A stretch of 64,000 nt of DNA from Candidatus Peregrinibacteria bacterium (lineage in GTDB: Bacteria; Patescibacteriota; Gracilibacteria; Peribacterales; Peribacteraceae): positions 24,842 through 88,841 of the forward strand of contig JABGQH010000011.1 in NCBI GenBank assembly GCA_018648865.1, read 5' to 3'. This document shows positions 27,101-36,547 of the stretch, one piece after another. Numbering within the stretch: the stretch's first letter is position 1; the number at the start of each line of letters is the position of its first letter. The notes under the pieces are model-generated. The model was not told where the DNA came from. It saw nothing but the letters and a program-made list of their open reading frames with translations, and did not search any database. Both the position numbers and the translations under genes were made by a program.

Positions 27101-28112
27101 TGCGGATGATGATGATATCCTGAATTCTAATGCATACATCCTAAGCAAATCAGACAGTGAAACAACTAGAGTTGATGATGACGATGATGACGAAGGAGAA
27201 TGTAGAATTGTATCTATAGAAGATGATCCAGATCCAGTTGAGCCAGGAGAAATATTTGAATACACCATTAAAATCAGAAATGAATCTAATGATGATGAGG
27301 AATACACGATTACAGCTTTCTTAGACAGTGATACTACTTATCTATCATCTAGCCACGGCGGAGACGATGTAAGCAGACGAGAGATCGAATGGGACGACTT
27401 TGATATAGATAGTGATGATACAGAAACAGTTAGAATTACTGTAAGAATGGATAACGATATAGAGGAAGATGAAACAGTAAGAATCCGAGTAACCTGTGAA
27501 GATGACAATGAAACCGAAACTACCAGAGTAGAAGGAGGAGGAACAAGCGACGGAGACGCTCATCTAAGAGTGGATAAATCAGCAAATAGAGACGAAGCAA
27601 AACCAGGTGACACCGTTTTCTACACAATCACAGTTAGAAACGATAGTGACGAAGCAGCTAGAAACGTTACAGTAAGTGATAGATTCACTGCTGGGTCCAT
27701 ATCTATAGAAGATAATGGCAATGGAAGTAGCGTAGGAAATGGAATTAACTGGAGGATACCAATCCTAAATGTAAATGACTCTAGAACGTTCACATATAAA
27801 GTAAAAGTAGGAAGAGACATGAAACACGGCCAATTAATCATAAATACTGTAAGGGTTAGCAGCAGCGACTTAGACAGAGATGCAACTGATACAGAAGAAG
27901 TACGAGTAATTACAGATCTACCTCAAACTGGAATATCTGGATTCTTCTCTTCTTGGAAAAAAGCAAATTCATTCTTAAAGCCATCTTCGCATAGAATTAC
28001 TACTCCTGTAGCGCAATCAGGCACTAATGGAGCAGCTGGAATCAGCTTAACAAGCCTAATGTCTATTGGACTATTGATTGGAGGTATAGCTGGAAAGAAG
28101 ATATTTCTGTAG
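24189..28112 (+). CDS. LPQTG-anchored surface protein with DUF11-type repeats and a Cna-B-like domain
   Basis: 1307 aa with a signal peptide and multiple DUF11-like modules (..ITKSGP...Y.LT..NNGP...V.D..P.GL). A prealbumin or Cna-B-like segment is present (GCIEIVKETFNTEG...). The C-terminus has an acidic region, LPQTG at 27918-27932, then a hydrophobic helix and KKIFL. Confidence 0.9.
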   Translation: MQNILLIFQSSPMLPKSLCSTKFALIFAAALVTVSVPFAVFGQQFSPNVDLSVQIQGPSGSSVNAGSTISYTYTANNSGPDSAMDVTVTGNIPNGLSYNSAQTSNDCVLNGQQIHCHTLSMQSNSTKQYTVSFDVTASPSFCNQTISNAVSISTSSTETNPTNNQSNTTYHTVHCAPVEADMEITKVASPTVLISGIVYYELTVKNKGPANATNIVVTDTVPTGLAFDSGNSDSSCFLQGNSVKCTANSLNNNSIKVFNIAFTISDQESCGEVILNRASVEADQNDPVSNNNTSNFVYTTILCEKADLSITKSGPSTVDAGGTILYTLTATNNGPAEGESITVSDPVPNGLTFNAAQSSSNCVLNSYDSVVHCNSFSLNALQSKTINIAFDVPENGFCSSTIYNSGTVSGQSTDLNPSNNQSNTVSTVVECEGEPELSISKTDGRTTVNAGESLTYEITVTNHSNIEATGVDILDTLPSNVVLMKIDGNLVSPTGTTVTWDNQTIPANQSKIYTITVGVDSNTPDQTVLTNTVQITNGPTAIDTTTVLNGNSEMGCIEIVKETFNTEGNLISPVAQFTFLLNGGAQTTVNNSNGEAMFLNVPAGLHTVTEIVPNNWEQLSVTPTNGEVVVSVGNNCSAVYFKNKQVIDVDPTFSISKTDNRTTAEIGDVLSYQISVTNTSNVTATGVTIEDTLPLELTLETTSGNANLNGQIITWTDLSFSTGETKIFTITASVKSNINDGVVILNQARVVDGPSTTDTTTVVSEGEADLSISKTDNRSTVENGETLNYIITITNNSSIDANSVEIKDTLPNDTTYVSSSNGGSANGHIITWDQVSISANSSVQLSVNASVNSNTSNGTILLNTVQIVGGNSATDSTTVTSNTTNDVTIDITDQTDPVRPSDVFCYSIRVTNLNSNPVVDATVTQTLDSQTSYTSSTDGGSHSSGLITWDNVDISGTGTKTLNSCVRVDSNADDDDILNSNAYILSKSDSETTRVDDDDDDEGECRIVSIEDDPDPVEPGEIFEYTIKIRNESNDDEEYTITAFLDSDTTYLSSSHGGDDVSRREIEWDDFDIDSDDTETVRITVRMDNDIEEDETVRIRVTCEDDNETETTRVEGGGTSDGDAHLRVDKSANRDEAKPGDTVFYTITVRNDSDEAARNVTVSDRFTAGSISIEDNGNGSSVGNGINWRIPILNVNDSRTFTYKVKVGRDMKHGQLIINTVRVSSSDLDRDATDTEEVRVITDLPQTGISGFFSSWKKANSFLKPSSHRITTPVAQSGTNGAAGISLTSLMSIGLLIGGIAGKKIFL
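27918..28112 (+). other. sortase-type sorting signal with long spacer (protein 1)
   Basis: LPQTG is followed by about 33 mostly polar residues, then the hydrophobic segment and a basic tail. Confidence 0.6.
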
Positions 28113-28239
28113 AAGTCAGCAAAATCGAAATCACTGAAATGATATGTGCTAATAAGTATTCTTAAATGAATCAAACAATTTAGTTGACTTTTAGTCCAAG
28201 TAATTTCAATATCGTACACTTTCATACCACTCTCCCATC

Positions 28240-31200
28240 ATGTTCATATATAAGAAGAAACTCGTAGCAATCGCAGCATTATCCATGCTAATCACACAAA
28301 GTGGTGTTTCTGCGCTGTTACCGACCGTAGAAAACATCGTTATTCCAACTGCTAATGCATGTGGAAATCATGGCGATAAACAATGTTCAGATGGAATTGA
28401 TAATGATGGAGACGGTTATTCTGATTATAAACCAGGAGGACCAACTAAAACCAAAGATGTAACTGTGAATACTAAACATAGTTGGTATGTAGGAGAAATG
28501 AGTGTCTCATTTGATGATATAGTGACTGTGAGTGATATTTCAGGTCAGTTTACATATTGGAAAAACCAACAACATTGGTATCAATGTGACGCTGGAGATG
28601 ATGGAAGCTATACACTTCATCACCCAGGAACAGCAAATGTGCATGGAGTGTTCTTTAATAAATATGGAATCAAAATTAGTGAACATTATATAAAGGATCT
28701 ACAGCAAGGGATAGAAACTCCTTATGGAGCAGTAAAAATTAAATTCTTCTTCCCGGACACTATCCATTACGATAACAGTGGGTCATGCGATTTTACCGTA
28801 GAAGTAGATAAGGCTGACAATGGAGACCCAGATTGCACAGATGAACACGATGATGATGAAAGTGGATTTGCAGGTAATAACGAATGCTCAGACGGAGTAG
28901 ATAATGACAATGACGGAGCAGTAGATTACCCTGAAGATTTTAGTTGTGATGGGCCAGATGATGACGATGAATCAAACCCTGAATCTGAGTGTCAGGATGG
29001 CATTGATAATGATAACGATGGGTTAGAAGACGAAGACGACCCAGGATGCTCTAATGCACAAGATGATAACGAAGGAGACGGAACAGCAGAATACCAAGAC
29101 GGGATAGATAACGACGGAGACGGAGCTACAGACTATCCTGATGACATTAGTTGTACATCACCAACAGATAATGATGAATCAGTTCCAAGAGCAGAATGTG
29201 AAGATGGAATTGATAACGACAATGACGGATTTGTAGACTGGGACGGAGTTAATTGCAGTGCTAGTTGTACTCAAGGAAGAATATACGATACAAATGCAGG
29301 AGACCCAAAGGCACGAAATCTTAGTGAAACTAAAATAGTTGATATTACATGTGACGGAAAAATAAATGCATACTTCACAGACGATAATGCTTTTGTTCGT
29401 GTAATAAAACCAAGCGGAAGCAAACAGATGCTTATTGCATGTGATAACGAAGCTATTGATCATTGTGCAGGCACAAGTTGCTGTGCATCATGGATTCCTC
29501 AATGGGGAGCAATGGTTTGTTCTAGGGACAATACAGAACTAGCCCAAATATTTTCTCATTACGGGCAAGGAGGCGTAAAAGGATGCCCTGGAAATGATAT
29601 TAAAAATCACAAGATTCAAGTATACGCAGGAGACAAAATCGAAGTATATTATGCTTCTTTTGCAGCAGGTAACGGATGGGTAAATTTCACTCCTACATCT
29701 ACGTGTACAAATGGAGACCCAGACCCAGGATGTGATGGACCAAATGATGATGACGAAGAAGAATATGTTTGCTCAGATGGAATAGATAATGATGGAGACG
29801 GATTAACCGATTTTCCTGATGATCCAGGTTGTGATGACGAAGAAGACACAACCGAAACAGATAGATATGGACCAGAGTGTGATAACGGAGAAGACGACGA
29901 TAATGATGGGCAAACAGATTATCCTGAGGACACAAACTGCACAGACCCAACAGATGATGACGAAGACGAAGCAGAATGTGAGGATGGAATTGATAATGAT
30001 AATGACGGTGCAACTGATTTCCCAGATGATTTCGGATGTGACTCCCCTACAGATGATGATGAAGGGAATCCTCTAGCCGCATGTCATGATGGAAATGACA
30101 ACGACAATGATGGACTTACAGATATGAACGACCCTGGATGTAGCAGCCCTCAAGATAACGATGAGAGTGATGCAACAACGCAGTGCCAAGATGGAATAGA
30201 TAATGACAACGATGGAGCAACTGATTTCCCAGATGATTTCGGATGTGACTCGCCTACAGATGATGACGAAAGTGATCCTCTAGCTCAGTGTCAGGATGGA
30301 ATAGATAATGACAATGATGGACTTACAGATATGAACGATCCTGGATGTTCTAGCCCACAAGACAATGACGAAAGTGATGGGACTAGTGAATGTCAGGATG
30401 GAGATGATAATGATGGAGATGGATTTGTAGACTTCCCAGATGATCCTAGTTGTACATCTGAACAGGATGATGATGAATCACCATTTGATGCAGTTAGCGA
30501 CTTAAGAATAGGTCTAAATGGCCCTACATCTGTGTTTAGAACACAGCAAATTACTTACGAAGCAGTTGCAACAAACGACGGACCATCTAAAGCAGACAAT
30601 GTTACTGTTTCGTTCCCTATCCCAAATGGAATGTTCTTTGATAGTGGAGCATCACATGGATCATGTGTGCAGAATGGAGTAAACGTTCTATGTAACAGTT
30701 TTTCTTTACTGAAAAATGAAAGCAAAACTATAAATATAGTTTTCACAGTAACTAACCAAACACAATGCTCATCTACAGCATCTGCTCAGACAAGTGTTGC
30801 TACATCTTCTACAGATCCAAACCCTAGCAATAACACAAGTAACACAGTTCAAACTCAAATCGAGTGTTCTGAGTGTCAGGATGGAATTGATAACGATAAC
30901 GATGGAGCAACTGATTTCCCTGATGACTTTAGTTGCAGCTCAATAATCGATGACGATGAAAGTGATCCTCTAGCCGCATGTCAGGATGGAAATGACAATG
31001 ACAATGATGGATTAACAGATATGAACGATCCTGGATGTTCTAGCCCTCAAGACAACGATGAGAGTGATGGGACTAGTGAATGTCAGGATGGGATAGATAA
31101 TGATGGAGATATCGTAATAGATATGAACGATCCTGGATGTAGCTCACCTCAAGATGATGACGAGAGTGATGCAACAACAGAGTGCCAAGATAATATTGAT

Positions 31201-34200
31201 AATGACAATGATGGGGCATCAGACTATCCAAATGATTTTGGATGTGATTCTCTAATTGATAATGATGAAAGTGATCCTCTAGCCGCATGTCAGGATGGAA
31301 ATGATAATGACAATGATGGATTAACAGATATGAACGATCCTGGATGTTCTAGTCCTCAAGATAATGATGAAAGTGATGGGACTAGTGAATGTCAGGATGG
31401 AATAGATAATGATGGAGATATCGTAATTGACATGAACGATCCTGGATGTAGCTCACCTCAAGATGACGACGAGAGCGATGCAACAACAGAGTGCCAAGAT
31501 AATATTGATAATGACAACGATGGAGCATCTGATTATCCAAATGATTTTGGATGTGATTCTCTAATTGATAATGATGAAAGTGATCCTCTAGCCGCATGTC
31601 AGGATGGAAATGATAATGACAATGATGGATTAACAGATATGAACGATCCTGGATGTTCTAGTCCTCAAGATAATGATGAAAGTGATGGGACAAGCCAGTG
31701 TCAGGATGGAATTGATAACGATCAAGACGGTTTAACAGATATGAACGATCCTGGATGTTCTAGCCCACAAGATGACGACGAGAGTGATGGAACTAGTGAA
31801 TGTCAGGATGGAATAGATAATGACAATGATGGGGCATCAGACTATCCAAATGATTTTGGATGTGATTCTCCTCAAGATAATGATGAAAGTGATCCTCTAG
31901 CTCAATGTCAGGATGGAAATGACAATGACAATGATGGATTAACAGATATGAACGATCCTGGATGTTCTAGCCCTCAAGACAACGATGAGAGTGATGGGAC
32001 TAGTGAATGTCAGGATGGGATAGATAATGATGGAGATATCGTAATAGATATGAACGATCCTGGATGTAGCTCACCTCAAGATGATGACGAGAGTGATGCA
32101 ACAACAGAGTGCCAAGATAATATTGATAATGACAATGATGGGGCATCAGACTATCCAAATGATTTTGGATGTGATTCTCTAATTGATAATGATGAAAGTG
32201 ATCCTCTAGCCGCATGTCAGGATGGAAATGATAATGACAATGATGGATTAACAGATATGAACGATCCTGGATGTTCTAGCCCTCAAGACAACGATGAGAG
32301 TGATGGGACTAGTGAATGTCAGGATGGGATAGATAATGACCAAGATGGTGCTACAGACTATCCAAATGATTTCAGTTGTGATTCTCCTCAGGATGATGAT
32401 GAAACAGGACCAAAATCAGGATGCCAAGACGGTATTGATAATGACAATGATGGATTTATTGATATGAACGATCCTGGCTGTACAGATCCTCAGGATAATG
32501 ATGAAACAAATGTGTTTAAATGCTCAGATGGAATAGATAATGACAATGATGGAGCTACCGATTTCCCAGATGACTTTAGTTGTTCATCTTTATACGATGA
32601 CGATGAAACAAATCCAAAATCTGAATGTCAGGATGGAATTGATAATGATGGAGACAACGTTATAGATAGCAATGATCCAGGATGTAGCTCTAATCAAGAT
32701 AATTTCGAAGGAGATGCTACAACCGAGTGTCAAGACGGCATAGATAACGACCAAGACGGCGCTACAGACTATCCAAATGACTTTAGTTGTAGTTCACCAA
32801 TAGATGATGATGAAACAGGGCCAAAATCAGGATGCCAAGATGGAATAGATAATGACAATGATGGATTAACAGATATGAACGATCCAGGTTGTACAGATCC
32901 TCAAGATGATGATGAGAGTGATGCAACAAGCCAATGCCAAGATGGAATTGATAATGACAATGATGGAGCAACTGATTATCCATATGACTTTAGTTGTGAT
33001 TCACCTCAAGACGATAACGAAAATGATCCACTATCCGGATGCCAAGATGGAATTGATAATGACAATGATGGATTAACAGATATGAACGATCCAGGTTGTA
33101 CAGATCCTCAAGACAATGACGAATACAATCTAGTTCAACATGATCTATTTATTACAAAGAGTGGACCAGTAAGCGTACAACAAGGAAATACAGTTCTATA
33201 TACGCTTACAGCTACTAATTTAGGTCCACAAACAGCTACTAATGTTCATATTATTGATGAAATCCCAACAGGATTAACATTAGATGCTGTAAACAGTTCA
33301 CCAAACTGTGTAGTAATTGGAAGTAATGTAATCTGTAATAATTTCTCGTTACAAGACAACGAAAGCAGAACAGTAAATATTGCATTCCAAGTAGGGGTTG
33401 GTGCAGCCTGTGGTAGCAGTATAAAGAATGTAGGAATAGTAAATACATCAGCAACAGATCCAAACCCATCTAACAATCGAATGGAAGTATTTACAGATGT
33501 TACATGTCAACAGACATATCAATGTAGTGATGGAATAGATAATGATGGCGATGGAGTAATTGATTATCCAAGTGATCCTGATTGCACCTCACCAACAGAT
33601 GACGATGAAAGCCCAAGTGTACAACCATCTCTTTCAATTCAGAAGACAGATGGTAGAACAACTGCAGCACCAGGAGATGTGCTTACATACACCATAACAA
33701 TACAGAATAATTCTTCTGTAGATGCATATGGAGTTGATGTTAGTGACAACCTTCCACCAGAAGTTGAATTTATTTCAGCAACTTACTCACCAGTGCTTAG
33801 TACACTATCTAGTGGAAATATGATTCTACTGTGGTCTGGAATAAACGTACCAGCACACCAAAGTACAATCCTTACAGTTACTGCAAGAGTACGAAATAAT
33901 GTTCAAAATGGAGCGCATATTGTAAATGCCGCAAGGGTTAACAACGGAATTAATACTTATGATTCAACAACTGTAGAGATAGCTCCACAAACAGGATGTG
34001 TTGAAGTGTATGTAAATGCACTCAACTCACAAAACAATCCTGTATCCCCTACTCCTGCATTTGGATTCAAGCTAGAAAATGGAGACAGCTTAACTAATGA
34101 TTCAGGCGGATACGCACGATTTGGTAATGTAAGCGTTGGATCTCACACAGTGTCATATATTCCAACACTAGGATGGCAGCAAAATAATGTGTCTCCTACT

Positions 34201-36000
34201 AATGGAATTGTATTCGTACAATCTAATAGCGCATGTGCACAAGCTACATTCACAATAAAAGAAGACTTTGGAGTTCAGCAGCCTAGTTTCTCTGTTTCTA
34301 AAACAGATAATGCTGGAACAATTCAACCAGGACAAACTCTTACATATTCAATCGAAGTAACAAACACATCTAGTGTACCAGCAACATCTGTAAGAATTGT
34401 TGACCAACTACCTGCAGAACTAACATTTATATCTGCAGCAAATAACGGAACATATATAAATGGAGAAGTACTTTGGGAGAACATAACTCTTCAACCAAAT
34501 CAAAGTATTACCCTACAGGTAACAACGCAGGTAAAACCTAATGTGTCACCAGGAACAGTAATTCTAAATATTGCACAAGTTATAGGTAATCCTAACTTTG
34601 TACTTGTAATGGCAGGCGTAGGCAGCAATTTTGCAGCTGACGCAGCACCAATGAGATACGAAGCTCCAGTTCTAGTAAGTGCTCAAGACACAACAACTGT
34701 TAGAACTCCAGATATCCTAGTAGAAGATGAACCTAGACCATCTAGCGATTCAACGATTACATTAAGAGACTCTGTTGACCCAGTTGAATTAGGAGAATCC
34801 TTCACATACACAATTGCAATAACAAATATGAGTGATTCTGCAATTAACGGAGAAACAGTAGATCAAGAAATAGATCCAAACCTACTAGTTAGCTCTGTAT
34901 CTGATAGTGGTAGAGCTGGGAAAGGAACAATAAAATGGGAAAATATTTCAATCCCTGCAAACACAACTAGAACACTATCGGCTACTGTTAGTGTAGAACC
35001 TACAGCACAACAAAATTCAACTCTACTTAGTTCTGTAACTATGAACGAACTAAGTGACACAGAAAGCACTGTAATAAATAACTCAAATACATCTTCATGC
35101 CAAACTGAAGATGTAACCATTACAAGTGTTTCAGATACATCTGACCCAGTCGCACCAGGACAAGAGGTCCAATACTTCATAACATTAGAAAACTCATGTT
35201 CAGAAACAACTACACAAATGGTAACTGCATGGTTAGATGGAAAAAGTACATTTGTTTCTGCTTCAGATAATGGTTCATCCGAAGGATCAATTGTTAAATG
35301 GAATAATTTAAATATTCAACCAGGCACAACGCAATTACGTGTAACTGCAAAAGTTAGCGAAAGCGTTACATCTGGACAACTTCAATTTAGCGCAAAGATT
35401 CTAGGTAGCGAAAGGTCAGAAACAACTCGTATTGAACAGAGTGGAAATATTGCAAACGAAGTAAAATTACAAGTTCAACAAAGTGCAAATACCCAAGAAG
35501 CACAACCAGGAAATTCAATTAAATATATTGTTACTGTTACCAATCCATCTAATGACGCAGCAAACAATGTGATTGTAGAAAATAGGATTTCCGCAGGAAC
35601 TGTAAGTATTACAGATACTAATGGAGGAACAAATATTGGAAACGGTATTAAGTGGACTATACCTACATTACAACCATTAGAATCAAAATCATTCAGCTAC
35701 ACAGTACGTATAGATAATTCCATGAGGCACGGACAAACTGTGAGGAACACAGTAACTGCAATAAGTGACAATAGCGGAGTACATGCAGTAGACACGGAAG
35801 AAGTAAGAATACTTACCGTTCTACCTCAAACAGGAATAACAAGCTATAAGTCTCTAAGTGCAACACTCTCACCAAGCATGAAGAATCAAAAAGTGACTGC
35901 TGCATCTATCGCAGGTACAACAGTATTCATACTTTGGACATCATTGATTTCTATTGGTATGACAGCAGGAGGAGTAGTAGGAAGAAGGTTCTGGCTATAA
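28240..36000 (+). CDS. giant LPQTG-anchored surface protein with about 35 Cys-bracketed DNDNDG repeats plus DUF11 and Cna-B-like domains
   Basis: 2586-aa uninterrupted ORF with a signal peptide. The repeating module is C.DG.DND.DG..D....C.....D.DE. DUF11 modules are interspersed. The C-terminal region is paralogous to the 24189 protein. LPQTG lies at 35821-35835, followed by a TM helix and RRFWL. Confidence 0.9.
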   Translation: MFIYKKKLVAIAALSMLITQSGVSALLPTVENIVIPTANACGNHGDKQCSDGIDNDGDGYSDYKPGGPTKTKDVTVNTKHSWYVGEMSVSFDDIVTVSDISGQFTYWKNQQHWYQCDAGDDGSYTLHHPGTANVHGVFFNKYGIKISEHYIKDLQQGIETPYGAVKIKFFFPDTIHYDNSGSCDFTVEVDKADNGDPDCTDEHDDDESGFAGNNECSDGVDNDNDGAVDYPEDFSCDGPDDDDESNPESECQDGIDNDNDGLEDEDDPGCSNAQDDNEGDGTAEYQDGIDNDGDGATDYPDDISCTSPTDNDESVPRAECEDGIDNDNDGFVDWDGVNCSASCTQGRIYDTNAGDPKARNLSETKIVDITCDGKINAYFTDDNAFVRVIKPSGSKQMLIACDNEAIDHCAGTSCCASWIPQWGAMVCSRDNTELAQIFSHYGQGGVKGCPGNDIKNHKIQVYAGDKIEVYYASFAAGNGWVNFTPTSTCTNGDPDPGCDGPNDDDEEEYVCSDGIDNDGDGLTDFPDDPGCDDEEDTTETDRYGPECDNGEDDDNDGQTDYPEDTNCTDPTDDDEDEAECEDGIDNDNDGATDFPDDFGCDSPTDDDEGNPLAACHDGNDNDNDGLTDMNDPGCSSPQDNDESDATTQCQDGIDNDNDGATDFPDDFGCDSPTDDDESDPLAQCQDGIDNDNDGLTDMNDPGCSSPQDNDESDGTSECQDGDDNDGDGFVDFPDDPSCTSEQDDDESPFDAVSDLRIGLNGPTSVFRTQQITYEAVATNDGPSKADNVTVSFPIPNGMFFDSGASHGSCVQNGVNVLCNSFSLLKNESKTINIVFTVTNQTQCSSTASAQTSVATSSTDPNPSNNTSNTVQTQIECSECQDGIDNDNDGATDFPDDFSCSSIIDDDESDPLAACQDGNDNDNDGLTDMNDPGCSSPQDNDESDGTSECQDGIDNDGDIVIDMNDPGCSSPQDDDESDATTECQDNIDNDNDGASDYPNDFGCDSLIDNDESDPLAACQDGNDNDNDGLTDMNDPGCSSPQDNDESDGTSECQDGIDNDGDIVIDMNDPGCSSPQDDDESDATTECQDNIDNDNDGASDYPNDFGCDSLIDNDESDPLAACQDGNDNDNDGLTDMNDPGCSSPQDNDESDGTSQCQDGIDNDQDGLTDMNDPGCSSPQDDDESDGTSECQDGIDNDNDGASDYPNDFGCDSPQDNDESDPLAQCQDGNDNDNDGLTDMNDPGCSSPQDNDESDGTSECQDGIDNDGDIVIDMNDPGCSSPQDDDESDATTECQDNIDNDNDGASDYPNDFGCDSLIDNDESDPLAACQDGNDNDNDGLTDMNDPGCSSPQDNDESDGTSECQDGIDNDQDGATDYPNDFSCDSPQDDDETGPKSGCQDGIDNDNDGFIDMNDPGCTDPQDNDETNVFKCSDGIDNDNDGATDFPDDFSCSSLYDDDETNPKSECQDGIDNDGDNVIDSNDPGCSSNQDNFEGDATTECQDGIDNDQDGATDYPNDFSCSSPIDDDETGPKSGCQDGIDNDNDGLTDMNDPGCTDPQDDDESDATSQCQDGIDNDNDGATDYPYDFSCDSPQDDNENDPLSGCQDGIDNDNDGLTDMNDPGCTDPQDNDEYNLVQHDLFITKSGPVSVQQGNTVLYTLTATNLGPQTATNVHIIDEIPTGLTLDAVNSSPNCVVIGSNVICNNFSLQDNESRTVNIAFQVGVGAACGSSIKNVGIVNTSATDPNPSNNRMEVFTDVTCQQTYQCSDGIDNDGDGVIDYPSDPDCTSPTDDDESPSVQPSLSIQKTDGRTTAAPGDVLTYTITIQNNSSVDAYGVDVSDNLPPEVEFISATYSPVLSTLSSGNMILLWSGINVPAHQSTILTVTARVRNNVQNGAHIVNAARVNNGINTYDSTTVEIAPQTGCVEVYVNALNSQNNPVSPTPAFGFKLENGDSLTNDSGGYARFGNVSVGSHTVSYIPTLGWQQNNVSPTNGIVFVQSNSACAQATFTIKEDFGVQQPSFSVSKTDNAGTIQPGQTLTYSIEVTNTSSVPATSVRIVDQLPAELTFISAANNGTYINGEVLWENITLQPNQSITLQVTTQVKPNVSPGTVILNIAQVIGNPNFVLVMAGVGSNFAADAAPMRYEAPVLVSAQDTTTVRTPDILVEDEPRPSSDSTITLRDSVDPVELGESFTYTIAITNMSDSAINGETVDQEIDPNLLVSSVSDSGRAGKGTIKWENISIPANTTRTLSATVSVEPTAQQNSTLLSSVTMNELSDTESTVINNSNTSSCQTEDVTITSVSDTSDPVAPGQEVQYFITLENSCSETTTQMVTAWLDGKSTFVSASDNGSSEGSIVKWNNLNIQPGTTQLRVTAKVSESVTSGQLQFSAKILGSERSETTRIEQSGNIANEVKLQVQQSANTQEAQPGNSIKYIVTVTNPSNDAANNVIVENRISAGTVSITDTNGGTNIGNGIKWTIPTLQPLESKSFSYTVRIDNSMRHGQTVRNTVTAISDNSGVHAVDTEEVRILTVLPQTGITSYKSLSATLSPSMKNQKVTAASIAGTTVFILWTSLISIGMTAGGVVGRRFWL
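30961..32196 (+). repeat. four tandem 309-bp near-identical super-repeats inside the giant gene, plus a partial fifth to about 32330
   Basis: Unit starts at 30961, 31270, 31579, 31888 and 32197. Units 1 and 4 differ at only a few positions. Each unit encodes three DNDNDG modules (103 aa). Confidence 0.9.
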
Positions 36001-36540
36001 AGATAAATTTTCTTTAACCAGATCAATAATCTGATTCTCAGAAGCGCTTAAAACCTTCTCATCCTCTAAACTAGGAATACTTAGCACCCACGCGGCGAGA
36101 TCCTCGCCGTGTGTTGGTGTACCTATACCAATTTTTATCCTCTTAAAGCCATCACCAAAAACTTCATGAATTGATCTTAATCCATTATGTGTGCCAGGTC
36201 CTCCAGATTTTCTGTATCTAACTTCTCCAAGGGGTAAATCTATATCATCACAAATAACAATTAATTTTGTAGCAGGATCCAATTTGTAATAATCAATAAT
36301 TTTATGAACTGAGTTAGCAGACAGATTCATATAAGTATTAGGCCTAATTAACATAACTGAATCCGTTCCTATTTTAGCCTCGACTATCGCTCCTAAAAAT
36401 TTCTGAGACTCCTTCCACTCATTATCCGAAGCAAATTCATCTGCCAATAATTGCAAGGCTCTAAATCCAACATTGTGCCTAGTCCTCTCATATTGAGCTC
36501 CAGGATTTCCTAGTCCGACGATTATATAATCAGGTTTCAT
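35995..36540 (-). CDS. pth: peptidyl-tRNA hydrolase
   Basis: IIVGLGNPGAQYERTRHNVGF and the overall Pth pattern. Confidence 0.95.
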   Translation of the reverse strand: MKPDYIIVGLGNPGAQYERTRHNVGFRALQLLADEFASDNEWKESQKFLGAIVEAKIGTDSVMLIRPNTYMNLSANSVHKIIDYYKLDPATKLIVICDDIDLPLGEVRYRKSGGPGTHNGLRSIHEVFGDGFKRIKIGIGTPTHGEDLAAWVLSIPSLEDEKVLSASENQIIDLVKENLSL

Positions 36541-36547
36541 ATTTTAT

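Noticed and set aside
29649-33476. Many 60-105-aa antisense or out-of-frame ORFs inside the giant gene, including His/Leu/Tyr-rich ORFs at 31073-31288, 31382-31597 and 32000-32215.
   Set aside because: They are alternative-frame readings of the GAT/GAC/AAT-rich repeat DNA. Their apparent paralogy just mirrors the 309-bp DNA repeat, and the sense frame encodes a coherent 2586-aa protein.
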